From assembly GCA_963676835.2 (NCBI GenBank), contig CAXXFF010000001.1, positions 320,001-384,000 on the forward strand: 64,000 nt of DNA, read 5' to 3'. This document shows, piece by piece, positions 29,118 through 40,216 of this stretch. How positions within the stretch are numbered: the first letter of the stretch is position 1; the number at the start of each line of letters is the position of its first letter. The notes under the pieces are model-generated. The model had not been told where the DNA came from, made no database searches, and was given only the letters and a program-made list of their open reading frames with translations. Origin of the DNA: Marispirochaeta sp. Lineage in GTDB: Bacteria > Spirochaetota > Spirochaetia > JC444 > Marispirochaetaceae. A program made the translations under genes and the position numbers.

Positions 29118-31196
29118 TTGGAAGCTAAACTGGACCGTCTGGTCAGTCTTGTCGGATCCGACCAGGGGTTTTACATTCTTGCCCTCCACTCTTTTGTTGA
29201 ATGGTATCTCCGCTACCGGAAAGGTTATACCGATGAGAAGTTTCCGGAGCTTACCTGGCGTTTCCGTGAGGAACTGATTACCGAGCGGGAAGGATTTATA
29301 GACGGTCTCAACTGCCTTACCGGACTTGCGAAGCAGCACCATATTACCAACAGCGTCCGGCATGCCTTTGAATCCTTTGACGAAGAGGAGGCACGAGCGG
29401 CTACCCTCTTCTTCCTGCGGTTCTGCGGGCTGATCGGCATAGACAACAGTCCCCAGGTACAGATTCTGTGGCAGAACCTTGAGATCTGGCGAAACCGAAC
29501 AACAATACTCGAACAGACAACGCATCTGAATACCCTGGAACATATGCTCAAGGAACTCCAGGAACGTAATACCGAACTGCTGATGCAGAAAGATGAACGG
29601 GACCAGCTGAAACTTGAGCTGGAAGAGACCAGGCTGGAGATGAACCGGGCAGATCTTGAACTGCGGAAGGTTAAAGCTTCGGCGGAAAAGAAAGACGCAA
29701 AGATAGATTCCCTCAGGCAGCAGAAACACGAGATTTCCCTCCGGTACACCGAACTTGAGAAAAGTTTTTCCCGCTTTGATGATCTGGAACGGTACTTAAG
29801 CTATTTGAGCCGTTTCTCCCTCTATACACGAAGCCGCATGGAATATGAACAGATGATATCCCAGCTTACCCCCGAGCAGGAGGATGTGCTCAACAGCGCT
29901 GAACTCTCCAGAAATCTGTTTATAAAAGGCGGCCCGGGCACCGGCAAATCCCTGGTTATGATAGAACTGATACGAAGGGTTCTGCCCCAGCAGGAGCTGG
30001 ATTTCGGCACCGAATCCTCAATCGTCTTTATTACCTTTACCACAACCCTGGCGAAATACAACCAGTATATTTCATCCCTCCGCGGGCTGGATCTTCCGGT
30101 CAAGCTTGTACGTACAACCGACAGCCTTTTATACGGAAAGTTCCGGGAGATATTCGGGTACTCATACCGATTCAAGTTCAACTTTATTGAAGAGTATCTG
30201 AAAGAGAGGGATATTCCCGGTTTCTTTACCCGAAAAGAGCTGGAAAGCGAGATTGAGAACTTTCTTTTCGGCCACATGGTAAGCCGGGAAGAGTACATTG
30301 ACCGGATGATTCCCCGGACAGGTATGCGTAAACGCTTAACAAAAGAACAGCGAACAGAGGTCTGGAAAATACGGGATGAGATTGTAGAGGAGATGGAGCG
30401 GGCACAGCTGCTTACCACGGAATACCTGCGCATGCGCCTGGCTTTATACCTGAAGGAACATCCGGAGAATGAGGAGATTCGGGATATCAGCTACCTTTTT
30501 GTTGATGAAACCCAGGATCTTACCGGAGCGGCAGTTACCGCCCTGAATGAGCTTTCCCGGCGCTGCATGGTTTTTGCCGGGGATTTTGACCAGAGTCTCT
30601 ACTGCTTTCAGAACCCCTTTACCCGGGCGGGCCTTTCATTTCAGGGACGGACAAAGATTCTCCGGACCAATTTCCGCAATACGGTTCAGATTCATGATTT
30701 CGCCGAGAAGTTCCGCGCTTTGAACAACGAAGGTACGGATACCGAGAACCAACCTTCCCCTTTCAGAGAAGGTCCTTCGCCCGAAGTATACCGAAGTGAC
30801 CCGGAAAGTCTTCTGGAAATGCTCGCGACAAAGCTGTGCATCTATACAGACGAACTGGGGTATGAACCTGAGACCATCTGCGTGCTTACCCCGGGCAACG
30901 ATGTGCTGCAGTCCCTTGAAGAGTGGCTTATGTACCGAAATATCCCCGCAGTGCCGATCCGGGACAGGAACTTTCATTTTGATTCAACCGGTAGTATCCG
31001 GGTAAGTACCCTGCATTCCAGCAAGGGGCTGGATTTTTCTGTTGTCCTGCTCTACCTGCCGGTACTTGAAAAGAAAGAGCTGTACAGCGATGAAACAACC
31101 GACCGGCTGCTGCATAATCTTATTTATGTGGGTATGACCCGGGCCATGGACTGTCTTGATGTTTTTGTCGGGGACGGGGTTGAGATTAATTTTTAG
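29118..31196 (+). CDS. SF1 (UvrD-like) helicase with N-terminal helical domain and coiled coil
   Basis: GGPGTGKS, VDETQD, AGDFDQ, NFRN, STLHSSKGLDF, YVGMTRA. Confidence 0.88.
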   Translation: MEAKLDRLVSLVGSDQGFYILALHSFVEWYLRYRKGYTDEKFPELTWRFREELITEREGFIDGLNCLTGLAKQHHITNSVRHAFESFDEEEARAATLFFLRFCGLIGIDNSPQVQILWQNLEIWRNRTTILEQTTHLNTLEHMLKELQERNTELLMQKDERDQLKLELEETRLEMNRADLELRKVKASAEKKDAKIDSLRQQKHEISLRYTELEKSFSRFDDLERYLSYLSRFSLYTRSRMEYEQMISQLTPEQEDVLNSAELSRNLFIKGGPGTGKSLVMIELIRRVLPQQELDFGTESSIVFITFTTTLAKYNQYISSLRGLDLPVKLVRTTDSLLYGKFREIFGYSYRFKFNFIEEYLKERDIPGFFTRKELESEIENFLFGHMVSREEYIDRMIPRTGMRKRLTKEQRTEVWKIRDEIVEEMERAQLLTTEYLRMRLALYLKEHPENEEIRDISYLFVDETQDLTGAAVTALNELSRRCMVFAGDFDQSLYCFQNPFTRAGLSFQGRTKILRTNFRNTVQIHDFAEKFRALNNEGTDTENQPSPFREGPSPEVYRSDPESLLEMLATKLCIYTDELGYEPETICVLTPGNDVLQSLEEWLMYRNIPAVPIRDRNFHFDSTGSIRVSTLHSSKGLDFSVVLLYLPVLEKKELYSDETTDRLLHNLIYVGMTRAMDCLDVFVGDGVEINF

Positions 31197-31215
31197 CGGG
31201 CCCGTTTTCCGGTAG

Positions 31216-32415
31216 TAACCACGACAGCCGCGAAAGGGTCACGACATGGTTTATCACTCATCGCTGCTGCGATTGAGGATGCTGATTATAAGCTTTTTAA
31301 CCGTTTCTGATTCTTCAGGTTTGCTGACCGCGACAAACAGCGTCATTGCAGCCAGGGTCTCGTTGTCGATTACGGGTTTTCCGTTTTCCTGCAGCAATGC
31401 ATGGTTCTGCTGCAAAAAATAGAGAAAACATGCGGCGGCTATACGTTTGTTGCCATCCACAAATGAGTGGTTCTTGGTAATAAAGTACAGCAGGTTTGCA
31501 GCCTTTTCTTCCATGGTCGGGTATAGTTCCTTTCCCCCGAAGCTCTGCTGAATCTGATTTACCGAACTCTCAAAGCTTTCATCCTTGGGCTGTGCGAAAA
31601 CACCGGAGGCAAAATCGGAGTACATACCTTCAATAAGTGCAAGGTAGTCTCGTACTGCCGGGTATACAATGCTGCAGCTGGTTTTGCCTTTTTCATCAAG
31701 GTCTTCATGATCGTAGTCATCCAGTAAAGCAAGGCCTCTGGAAAAGAGCTGGAACACCTCCCGGTTCTTGTCATCAGTTACGTCTTCAATGGCCCGGTTG
31801 ATAATGCGGATTCCGGTTTTCAGGTATTCCACTTCCTGCTGTTTCTGTGCAAGTCGCTTCTTGTTAACAGCAAAGCCTTTTACCAGATAATCCTTCAGCC
31901 GGGCTGTTGCCCATTTACGGAACTGGGTTCCCCGTTTTGAATTTACGCGGTATCCTACGGAGATTATAGCATCCAGATTGTAGATCATAACTGAGCGCCG
32001 CACATGGCGTTTCCCTTCAAGTTGAACTACCGAGGATTGCTCGGTAGTTGCAGATTCATCGAGCTCGTCAGATGCATAGATATTCTTGAGGTGCAGTCCT
32101 ATCGTATCAGAGTCTTTATCGAACAGCTGTGCCATCTGCTTCTGAGTAAGCCAGACGGTATCTTCATCAAACTGTACCCGGATTTCGGTTGTGTTATCAG
32201 TTGTAGTGTATATTTCGATTTTGTTTTCCATGTCCTGCCCCCATTATTATAACCCGGATTTTGCCATTCTGATTCTTCCGCTTCAGTGATATTCCATACA
32301 ATAACTGCGGTTAGCCGCCTGCCGGTGCATAAAACAGAGTTGTGACAGTTGTGAATGTCGTGGTTGAGGGGTTTTGTTTACAGGCTAACCATGACCTTCA
32401 CGAAAAGGCACGACG
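31216..32415. repeat. Three degenerate ~30-nt repeats (31216-31246 +, 32340-32365 -, 32386-32415 +) around the RhuM-Fic gene
   Basis: TAACCACGACAGCCGCGAAAGGGTCACGAC; AACCACGACATTCACAACTGTCACAA (reverse strand); TAACCATGACCTTCACGAAAAGGCACGAC. Confidence 0.45.
31254..32231 (-). CDS. RhuM-Fic/Doc fusion protein
   Basis: YNLDAIISVGYRVNSKRGTQFRKWAT (RhuM) and HSFVDGNKR (Fic/Doc). Confidence 0.92.
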   Translation of the reverse strand: MENKIEIYTTTDNTTEIRVQFDEDTVWLTQKQMAQLFDKDSDTIGLHLKNIYASDELDESATTEQSSVVQLEGKRHVRRSVMIYNLDAIISVGYRVNSKRGTQFRKWATARLKDYLVKGFAVNKKRLAQKQQEVEYLKTGIRIINRAIEDVTDDKNREVFQLFSRGLALLDDYDHEDLDEKGKTSCSIVYPAVRDYLALIEGMYSDFASGVFAQPKDESFESSVNQIQQSFGGKELYPTMEEKAANLLYFITKNHSFVDGNKRIAAACFLYFLQQNHALLQENGKPVIDNETLAAMTLFVAVSKPEESETVKKLIISILNRSSDE

Positions 32416-32416
32416 G

Positions 32417-34147
32417 TTAAGGTGTCCAGCGGGGGACGGAGCGCTGGAGGGCGGTTATTTCGACCGATTCGGTCAGGGCATGAAACAGGTTATTGAAATC
32501 AGCTGCAGTGCCGGTGAATGTCCTGCTTCCGATCAGGCGGCCTGCTTCAAGGGAAAAGCGGGAGCGGTATGTTTCGTACATTATCTGCCAGTTGCCGGTT
32601 ATGGCAGACTTTCGTGCTGCAAGCAGCTTCTGCTCCGGCAGTTTATCCCGTTTCTGATTGTTCACCTTTGGATCTGAGGGCAACAGATTCCAGAGATCGT
32701 TGTTGTGCCAGAGGGTATATGGTATTGCATGATCTACCTCATACCCTTTCGCCGGATTGATTGCAGTTCCGCTCCAGACACATTCCAGAGCCTGTATAGT
32801 GTCATAGACTCTTCGGGCATAGCTTACGTCTCTTTCTGTTTCTCCTATTCCCTGTAACAGCAGGTCAAGGCATTGTGCGACCGTAAATTTCTTCTCGTTC
32901 GATTTAAGTTCCGCAGTAAACTGTGCCCACCGCATGAGTATGGAATCCTCAAACCATTTTCCCATGAGCGAAAATTCCTGCCACAGGTCAGCCGGAATCA
33001 GGATATTACTCCCTTCCCCCCTGAAGACTTTTTTCTCAGTACCTGCATACTGTACGGGCTGACGGATTCCAGCCTTTATTTTTCCCAGGGCATCTTTCAG
33101 CAGTTCCTCGGATTCAGGATCAAGTTCATTCTGATACAAGGCCTGCCGGAATGCCTGGAATCCTCCCCGGGCACCTTCCCATGTGGATGAAAGCTTCTCC
33201 AGCTGCTTGCGGAAGGTAATATCCTGTTTATCTTTGATTTTCTGCCCCTGGAAAACTTTACTGTCCCCGGCGACCAGAGGCCAGTAGTATTCCAGCCATT
33301 TTTCAGCGACATGATCCATTGACAGGGCGACCTGTCCGTTCTCTCTCCAGTTAACTGAGTTGGGAGCGGTAACTGCTATCTCCCCCATTGCACGCAATAA
33401 GGCGAATTTATAGCTGTTTACTTTCCTGTCACTGCGTAGAATTGATTCTATCTTTTCTATCGGGCGCGTTCCGTCGGTGTGCTGATTTTTGAATAATAGA
33501 GTACACCAGCGTACCCCTGTCCGGCCAAGACTGTCTTCGCTCTCTATTCTATGGCTCAGGCTGAAGCCCAGACGTTCTGCGAGGAAGATATACTCTTCAG
33601 GCGGTCTTATATTAAATAGCCTACCGTTTTTGTCTCTTCCTGTCTTTTTATCAATATCCGGATAATCAACCGGTACGAAAATTACCAGGGTACCGTTCTC
33701 AGCCATAGCCATAATTCTTTTTATTGAGAAGAACGAATCGAACAGCAGGGATTTAGGCAGGTGCTGGAGAACTGCACTTCAGGTCACCAGGTTATAGGAA
33801 TCTCCGCAGGGTGATAGATCCGGCAGAGACGCTGAGTATATTCTATCCTTGAGATCCGGGTAGCTGATCATGGCCTGATTACGCATGCGGTCGTTCGGCT
33901 CAGTGCCACGAGCATCTAATCCATGTTCATAGAGCCATGCGAGATCCCGGCCGGAGCCGCTGCCGATATCGAGGGCTTTGCCGTTTTGAGGGAGATAGTG
34001 TTGAATGCAGGATAATGGGGATTCGGCTGTGTTGAAGCGATTAATTTGGTCATGATGAAGCCCGCTGTAGTAAGCTGAAGTGGCTTCATCTACTACGCCA
34101 TAGTCCTTGTTTGATTTTGAATCGTATATAGAATTATTTCTTTTCAA
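32417..34147 (-). pseudogene. Class I SAM-dependent methyltransferase-HNH nuclease fusion interrupted by in-frame TGA (33779-33781)
   Basis: The two track ORFs are in frame, 22 codons apart: LDIGSGSGRD...YNLVT*SAVLQHLP...SYKFALL...CVWSG...VDHAIP...NDLWNL...VNNQKRD. Confidence 0.85.
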
Positions 34148-34331
34148 TATTGATCACCCATACTTCATAAACCCGTTTCATAGTACCATTGTTTTTTGTT
34201 CCAATTCCATTATTTTGAAGTTTTTAAGAAGTAGCTACCTGGCAAAAGGAAAGTATTCTTGTTAAAATCATGTGTTGAGTTATTTGTTTGTAGGTTTAGA
34301 TGACACAAACCTTATCAGCAGAAGGTGTAAA

Positions 34332-35891
34332 GTGAGTAAAACAATACCAGTAATAGATTTATTTGCCGGACCGGGCGGACTTGGCGAAGGATTTTCATCT
34401 CTCAGACCGACTTCCGGAAACAGATTTAAAATCAGAATGTCTGTTGAAATGGAAGAATCAGCTCATAAAACACTGACCCTGCGTGCATTCTACAGACAAT
34501 TTCCGGATAAGGATTCTGTACCCGAAGAATATTATGATTTTATAGGCAAACCTTATTCTGATAACAACCTTCAAAAGCTTCTTGATAGTTTCCCTGAAGG
34601 GGAAGATGCTAGAGATGAAGCATGTCGACTTACCCTTGGTAAGGATAATGAAATTATTCATTCAAAAATTGAAAAGATTGTCAGCACATTTAAACCTGAA
34701 CAAGACTGGGTTCTTATCGGAGGTCCTCCATGTCAGGCTTACTCTCTCGCCGGTAGAGTCAGGAATATGGGGAAGAAAAACTATAAAGCCGAAGAGGATC
34801 ACAGACATTTTTTGTACCGTGAATATCTGGAAATAATCGGGCGTTACCATCCTTCAGTATTTGTTATGGAAAACGTAAAAGGCATTCTTTCTTCGAACGT
34901 TGGAGGGCAGAATATATTCTCAAATATAATTAAAGATCTCCAGAAGCCGAATGAAGTCGTTATAAATCCGAACGGTAAAAAAGCTGAGTACAAACTCTAT
35001 TCCCTTGTTAAAGAGTCACCTCCTGATCAAATACATGATCCCAGAGATTTCATCATTAAAAGTGAAGAATATGGTATTCCCCAGAAAAGGCATAGAGTAA
35101 TAATACTTGGAGTCAGAAAAGATATTGATACTGTCCCAAGGCCCCTGGAAAAAGCAAACAAAGTCTCTGTAAAAAAGGCAATTTCTGATTTACCTCCCCT
35201 GAGAAGCGGCCTTTCAAAAGTTAAGGATGACACTTCATCCGATTGGATAAAGGCAATAAGTAAAATACCTCAATTTAAAAAGAAAGATTTTTTGAGCCCT
35301 CCGGAAAAGATTTCCGAATTAAATAAAGAAATACATTTCGCAATCTCATTACTTGATAAAACCTTAACAACATCTATATCAAAACCATTAAAAAAGAAGT
35401 ATAGAAATGCTATTTTCAACCCAGACTGGTACATTAATGAAAGACTTAAAAACATCTGCAATCACGAAAGCAGGACCCATATTGATTCCGATCTTCATCG
35501 TTATCTGTTTGTGTCCTGTTTCGGAAAATTATACGGAAGATCCCCCAAGCTGAATGAATTCCCAGCTGCTCTTCTACCAAATCATAAAAATGCATGTGAA
35601 CATTCAGTTATAAGTAAATTTGTAGATCGTTTTCGTGTTCAACTAGCAGAAAGCCCTTCAACAACAATTACCTGTCACATTTCAAAAGATGGCCATTATT
35701 ATATTCATCCGGATCCTACCCAGTGCCGTAGTCTTACGGTGAGAGAAGCAGCCAGATTGCAAACATTTCCTGATGACTATTTCTTTTGCGGCCCGAGGAC
35801 AAAACAGTATCATCAGGTGGGAAACGCAGTACCTCCACTTCTGGCAAATCAGATTGCTGAGATAGTAATGGATTCATTTGAGGACATCTGA
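34332..35891 (+). CDS. dcm: DNA (cytosine-5)-methyltransferase (start probably GTG 34332)
   Basis: DLFAGPGG, GGPPCQ, MENV, PQKRHR, TVREAARLQTFP, QVGNAVP. Confidence 0.95.
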   Translation: MSKTIPVIDLFAGPGGLGEGFSSLRPTSGNRFKIRMSVEMEESAHKTLTLRAFYRQFPDKDSVPEEYYDFIGKPYSDNNLQKLLDSFPEGEDARDEACRLTLGKDNEIIHSKIEKIVSTFKPEQDWVLIGGPPCQAYSLAGRVRNMGKKNYKAEEDHRHFLYREYLEIIGRYHPSVFVMENVKGILSSNVGGQNIFSNIIKDLQKPNEVVINPNGKKAEYKLYSLVKESPPDQIHDPRDFIIKSEEYGIPQKRHRVIILGVRKDIDTVPRPLEKANKVSVKKAISDLPPLRSGLSKVKDDTSSDWIKAISKIPQFKKKDFLSPPEKISELNKEIHFAISLLDKTLTTSISKPLKKKYRNAIFNPDWYINERLKNICNHESRTHIDSDLHRYLFVSCFGKLYGRSPKLNEFPAALLPNHKNACEHSVISKFVDRFRVQLAESPSTTITCHISKDGHYYIHPDPTQCRSLTVREAARLQTFPDDYFFCGPRTKQYHQVGNAVPPLLANQIAEIVMDSFEDI

Positions 35892-35893
35892 TT

Positions 35894-36313
35894 GTGGACA
35901 AGCTTACTCCGGAAAAGCGAAGCTGGAATATGTCCCGTATAAAGAACAGGGATACAAAGCCTGAAATCAGAGTCAGGTCATTTCTTCATAGCGCTGGATT
36001 CCGATTCAGACTTCACAGAAAGGATCTTCCAGGAAAACCTGATATAGTTCTTCCAAAGTATAAAACTGTTATATTTATTCATGGTTGCTACTGGCATCGC
36101 CATCCAGGTTGTAAGAACGCTACTACACCGAAAACAAGAACTGACTTCTGGGAAGATAAATTCAGGGATAATGTAGCTCGCGATAAAAGAAATATTAAGG
36201 ATTTGAAAGATCTCGGCTGGAAAGTAATTGTCATCTGGGAATGTGAGACTGAGAGCTATGAAAAAATGCAAATAGCTTTATCCCCATTTCTTTCTACAAA
36301 GTTGAATGACTAA
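35894..36313 (+). CDS. vsr: Very short patch repair endonuclease
   Basis: RSWNMSRI, DTKPE, LPGKPD, FIHGCYWH, IWEC. Confidence 0.96.
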   Translation: MDKLTPEKRSWNMSRIKNRDTKPEIRVRSFLHSAGFRFRLHRKDLPGKPDIVLPKYKTVIFIHGCYWHRHPGCKNATTPKTRTDFWEDKFRDNVARDKRNIKDLKDLGWKVIVIWECETESYEKMQIALSPFLSTKLND

Positions 36314-36350
36314 TAGGCATGTTACTCCAACCAGATATTTTCTAAATATG

Positions 36351-39209
36351 CTATATATGAACAACTGGTGAATTTATATTTTCAATATTTCGGACTGACC
36401 ATTTGTGTATAAATCCAAGATTGTTTTTGGGATATGTAATCGACCATCCCAAGGTTGGCGTCTTATTATCTTTTTTTACAAAATATATAAGAACAACAGC
36501 TGTAGATGTATTTCTGAGGTTTTTTGTTGATTCATTTGGTGTTAACAGCTTGTAATGTCCACTTTCTGGTAATTCCCATCCGGCAACATACTTTGCCGTT
36601 GCTGAATCAATTGGATCTGAATAAACTCCGAATGGACCACCATTTGAACGTGTCCTACGATGCCTGATCGATATTTTATGTTTCAGTAATTCTTGCGTAC
36701 CATTTTTTTCATTAGTTAATAGTGGTGCAAGAAACAGCATTCTTTGCATACCATGATTTTCATTTGAAATAAAATCAAGTTGATAATTAACAGATTCAGG
36801 TATGACTTTATTCCATTTGTAATTCTTTAAAAACTGAAGACCATTTATTATTGATGTTGTCCAGTAGTAAGAAGAGAATTCTTTTTTACCTTTATCTTTA
36901 AATATCCCACCAAGAATGTCTCTATGTACATTAGTTGTAGTGAATATTTCTTCAAATAATGCTATATTGAACTTGTCTGTTTTTGCATCTGGTATAGTAG
37001 TGGGCTCATTGTAAGTTTTACCATAATTCCATGAAGTAATTTTAGCATTATACATTTTGTTTTTAGCTGTGGGTTTGATTTCTGAAAAAGCTTGAACGAG
37101 TGGTGGTACTTGTAGTGGCGTGAGTTTTTTATCAGAAGAAACGTATCGCTTTAATTCCTGACGAAGATGAGCTTCCATTCTACTGGTAGCACGGAATGAT
37201 TCAAGTAGATCGATATTCTTTTTGCCCTCATCAATGCCAATAAATAGTCTAACTAGATCACAATATCCTTTACGAAAACCGAACCATCGACCCATTTGCA
37301 TCAATGTATCCCCCTGGGAGGTTATACGGCGATAATAACTAATTGTTAGATCTTCTATGGTGTATCCTCTGGATAGTTTATCTCCACCAATTATCACCGA
37401 CCAGATTGGTTCCAATTCAAAATCAGGATTGTTTTTATTGTCACCATTTACAATTATTGTTCTAAGATTTCCCGAACATTCAGTGATTTTACCAATACAA
37501 TTTTGTATGTAAGGAATCAAATCCTGAAAAGAATCAGGCAAAGGAAGATCTGCATTGATATGCTCTGAAGTTGGACGATAGTCTTCGTTCCAAAGTTGTT
37601 GAATTTTAAACAGTCCATCTGTACCTTGAAAATTACAGTCTTCCCATGTTTTTTTAACTAAAGCCTCAATCTCATTGTGTTTAAGCTTTGTTCTTGAGAT
37701 ATGAACAAGCATAGTATGGTGTTTAAAAGGAGCTAAGCTTGAGTGTTTATCTTTTCTGAATAGTTTGATTGCACCTGAAAGAACAAAAGCAGTTAAGGCA
37801 ATCGAAAGATCGTCCTGTTCGTTATGACTGGATTTGACTTTTTTGATAAAATATTTCTCATTTGAATTAGGATCATTATCAATATTGAAGAAGTCACGCG
37901 CACCCATATAATCAGAGGGTGGCTCCGGAAGAGTAATTATAAAATCTTTTGGAAATAGGTCATCAACATCATCAGGGTTAATAAATACATTTGCATATGG
38001 GGTTGCAGTATAACCTACATACTGGCACCTAGGCATTATTTTAAGCACATCAATAATATTTCCATTAACTTTTCGACGTTCCTCAAGTTCTTTTTTGTTC
38101 GGTCGCCGTGTATCTATTGATGCTTGATCAGATTCATCATCTATTAGTAAAGTAGGTATTTCATTAAGTAATCCTTTGTATTTAAGATTAAGTTTTGTGA
38201 GATCTGCTATTAGTTTAGAAATGATTTGTGCATTCTTTTTTATTACGAGCACATTGATCTTGGCACGAGGAGAGAAAAGATTTGTTGCGCAGTGAAGAGG
38301 AAGATCTTTGTCTTCTTTCTCTGGTACCAGTATGTTGAGGGTATCAGACAGCAATCGTTTGTAATCTTCTTCTAGAGTAGTTATGCGATTCCAACCAAAA
38401 AGATTGTGAGGTTTTTTGTTGTGATTCACAAAATCAGCCCATTCAGAATCTTCAAGAGTTTTGTAATCATCGTCATATTTTAGGGATGGACAACCTATTA
38501 ACCCTTTGTCAATTCTTCGTTGTGTTTGTTTGCGTAGTATGTTCCAAGGACCTGCAAGTATTATAAACATTTTGTAACCAGCATCAGCAGCTTTGGCCAG
38601 TAGTGCTGAAAAGTTGGCTGTTTTACCACTCTGCACATAACCGACTACAAGTCCACGGGCAGAATATGCTTCTTCCCGGTAAGGAGCTGAAAGTCGTTCA
38701 AGGATTGATTGAGCGCCGTTTCCCAAATCAATTGTCGATGCCGGGTTCCACCCATTGGATAGGAGGTAACGTTCATATGATTTCCAGAAGTAATCAGATG
38801 TATTAATACGCGTATCATACCAATTTATGTGCTCATCTGCTATCACAACAGGAGTTTGTATTTTAAAAGGGAGTTGTTTGTCCCAGAAATCAGACAGTTG
38901 TGATGGTATACAAAGTAATTTGTATATTTCTTTGCGACGATTATAGCTGGCTAGAGGAAACTTATTTAACTGAACAATTGATTTATCATGATCCCATTTG
39001 GTAATAAGACTATGAAAATCTGTCAAGATCTCATCGGAGGCATTCGCGGCCAAAATATATTTTGATAAAAATATGAGTCCATTATCGTTAAGCTCATTAT
39101 TTTGGTCAATTGAAGAAAGCAAACTTGAGACAGAACAAGGACCTTTCACTTTCAGCAAGCTTAAAACAGCATTATACATTGTTCTTTGTCTATAAGTATT
39201 TTTAATCAT
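36351..39209 (-). CDS. Z1-domain SF2 helicase-like protein
   Basis: GYVQSGKT, IDDESD, YTATP, HHTMLVH, LSRGYT, DTLMQMGRWFGFR. Confidence 0.92.
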   Translation of the reverse strand: MIKNTYRQRTMYNAVLSLLKVKGPCSVSSLLSSIDQNNELNDNGLIFLSKYILAANASDEILTDFHSLITKWDHDKSIVQLNKFPLASYNRRKEIYKLLCIPSQLSDFWDKQLPFKIQTPVVIADEHINWYDTRINTSDYFWKSYERYLLSNGWNPASTIDLGNGAQSILERLSAPYREEAYSARGLVVGYVQSGKTANFSALLAKAADAGYKMFIILAGPWNILRKQTQRRIDKGLIGCPSLKYDDDYKTLEDSEWADFVNHNKKPHNLFGWNRITTLEEDYKRLLSDTLNILVPEKEDKDLPLHCATNLFSPRAKINVLVIKKNAQIISKLIADLTKLNLKYKGLLNEIPTLLIDDESDQASIDTRRPNKKELEERRKVNGNIIDVLKIMPRCQYVGYTATPYANVFINPDDVDDLFPKDFIITLPEPPSDYMGARDFFNIDNDPNSNEKYFIKKVKSSHNEQDDLSIALTAFVLSGAIKLFRKDKHSSLAPFKHHTMLVHISRTKLKHNEIEALVKKTWEDCNFQGTDGLFKIQQLWNEDYRPTSEHINADLPLPDSFQDLIPYIQNCIGKITECSGNLRTIIVNGDNKNNPDFELEPIWSVIIGGDKLSRGYTIEDLTISYYRRITSQGDTLMQMGRWFGFRKGYCDLVRLFIGIDEGKKNIDLLESFRATSRMEAHLRQELKRYVSSDKKLTPLQVPPLVQAFSEIKPTAKNKMYNAKITSWNYGKTYNEPTTIPDAKTDKFNIALFEEIFTTTNVHRDILGGIFKDKGKKEFSSYYWTTSIINGLQFLKNYKWNKVIPESVNYQLDFISNENHGMQRMLFLAPLLTNEKNGTQELLKHKISIRHRRTRSNGGPFGVYSDPIDSATAKYVAGWELPESGHYKLLTPNESTKNLRNTSTAVVLIYFVKKDNKTPTLGWSITYPKNNLGFIHKWSVRNIENINSPVVHI

Positions 39210-39232
39210 ATTTTAGCCTCATTTTATAAAAT

Positions 39233-40216
39233 TTAAAATAATTCTAATAGAATACTGTCTTCAAGGTCTTTTCCGTATGACTCTAAATCAATTTTATATA
39301 TAACATCTCCTAAACGATCTTGAAGGGGCGCGTAAATATTATCTATATCGTTTGGAATGCGTGGGAAATCGTCATTTACTGGGATCATTTTAGGTAATGA
39401 TCTCAACTTTAATGAGAGTCTGCTATAAAATACTTCGTGGTCAGAACGGTATCCAAAAGTTTGTAGCTTCATGTTGAAGTCTAATAGATTTTCGTTGCTA
39501 AGGATGTTACGAATTTCAGAAACAAGACCAGGCAATGTAATTAAATCAGTTCCTGAGGCTTCCATGAACTGTAAAGATATAAAGAAGAGCTTGCAATCGA
39601 TACTGGGGTATGGTTGATTTAGTCCATTTATTATATGGATACGTTTTGTTTTTAAAGTTGATTTCACTTCAAATTCTAAATCTCCGTACCTGAAATCATG
39701 AGGTTCATTTATTGGCCCAATCCATCCATTTGGAGTTAGACCCATATTTATAGAAATTAATCTTTTGAGAAAATATAACTCGCCGATGAGACCTAGAATG
39801 TTTTTATCCGAGAGCGATGGTTTGGATGCTATGAGACCTTCAAGGTTAGATAAAGCTTGATCGATAGCAGAATCGCAGGGGATATTATCACGGTCCATTA
39901 GAATAGCAACGTCTATTACAAATGTATAGAATTCACTAAATAATGTTTTATCATTTGTCCAAATCTCATAATAAGAATTATTATTATTGTAAGTGGTAAT
40001 AGAAATGTTCTGTAATTTATTTATCCTTTTAAAGAGCGAATCTGAAATAGAAGAATTTACTTCAACACCAAATAGCGATGAATTCCCTCGTGATAAAAGT
40101 GTAAGGTAATTACTTCCTGGGATTTTATATCGTCTTTCAACACCAGCTCCAATTAGTATGGACTCAATTTGTCCCCAGTTTGCAAAATTGTTAGATTGCA
40201 TCTGATTTATTATCAT
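39233..40216 (-). CDS. PD-(D/E)XK motif protein (DUF4420)
   Basis: GLIGELYFL, WIGP...HDF...EVKST...HIINGLNQ. Confidence 0.88.
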   Translation of the reverse strand: MIINQMQSNNFANWGQIESILIGAGVERRYKIPGSNYLTLLSRGNSSLFGVEVNSSISDSLFKRINKLQNISITTYNNNNSYYEIWTNDKTLFSEFYTFVIDVAILMDRDNIPCDSAIDQALSNLEGLIASKPSLSDKNILGLIGELYFLKRLISINMGLTPNGWIGPINEPHDFRYGDLEFEVKSTLKTKRIHIINGLNQPYPSIDCKLFFISLQFMEASGTDLITLPGLVSEIRNILSNENLLDFNMKLQTFGYRSDHEVFYSRLSLKLRSLPKMIPVNDDFPRIPNDIDNIYAPLQDRLGDVIYKIDLESYGKDLEDSILLELF

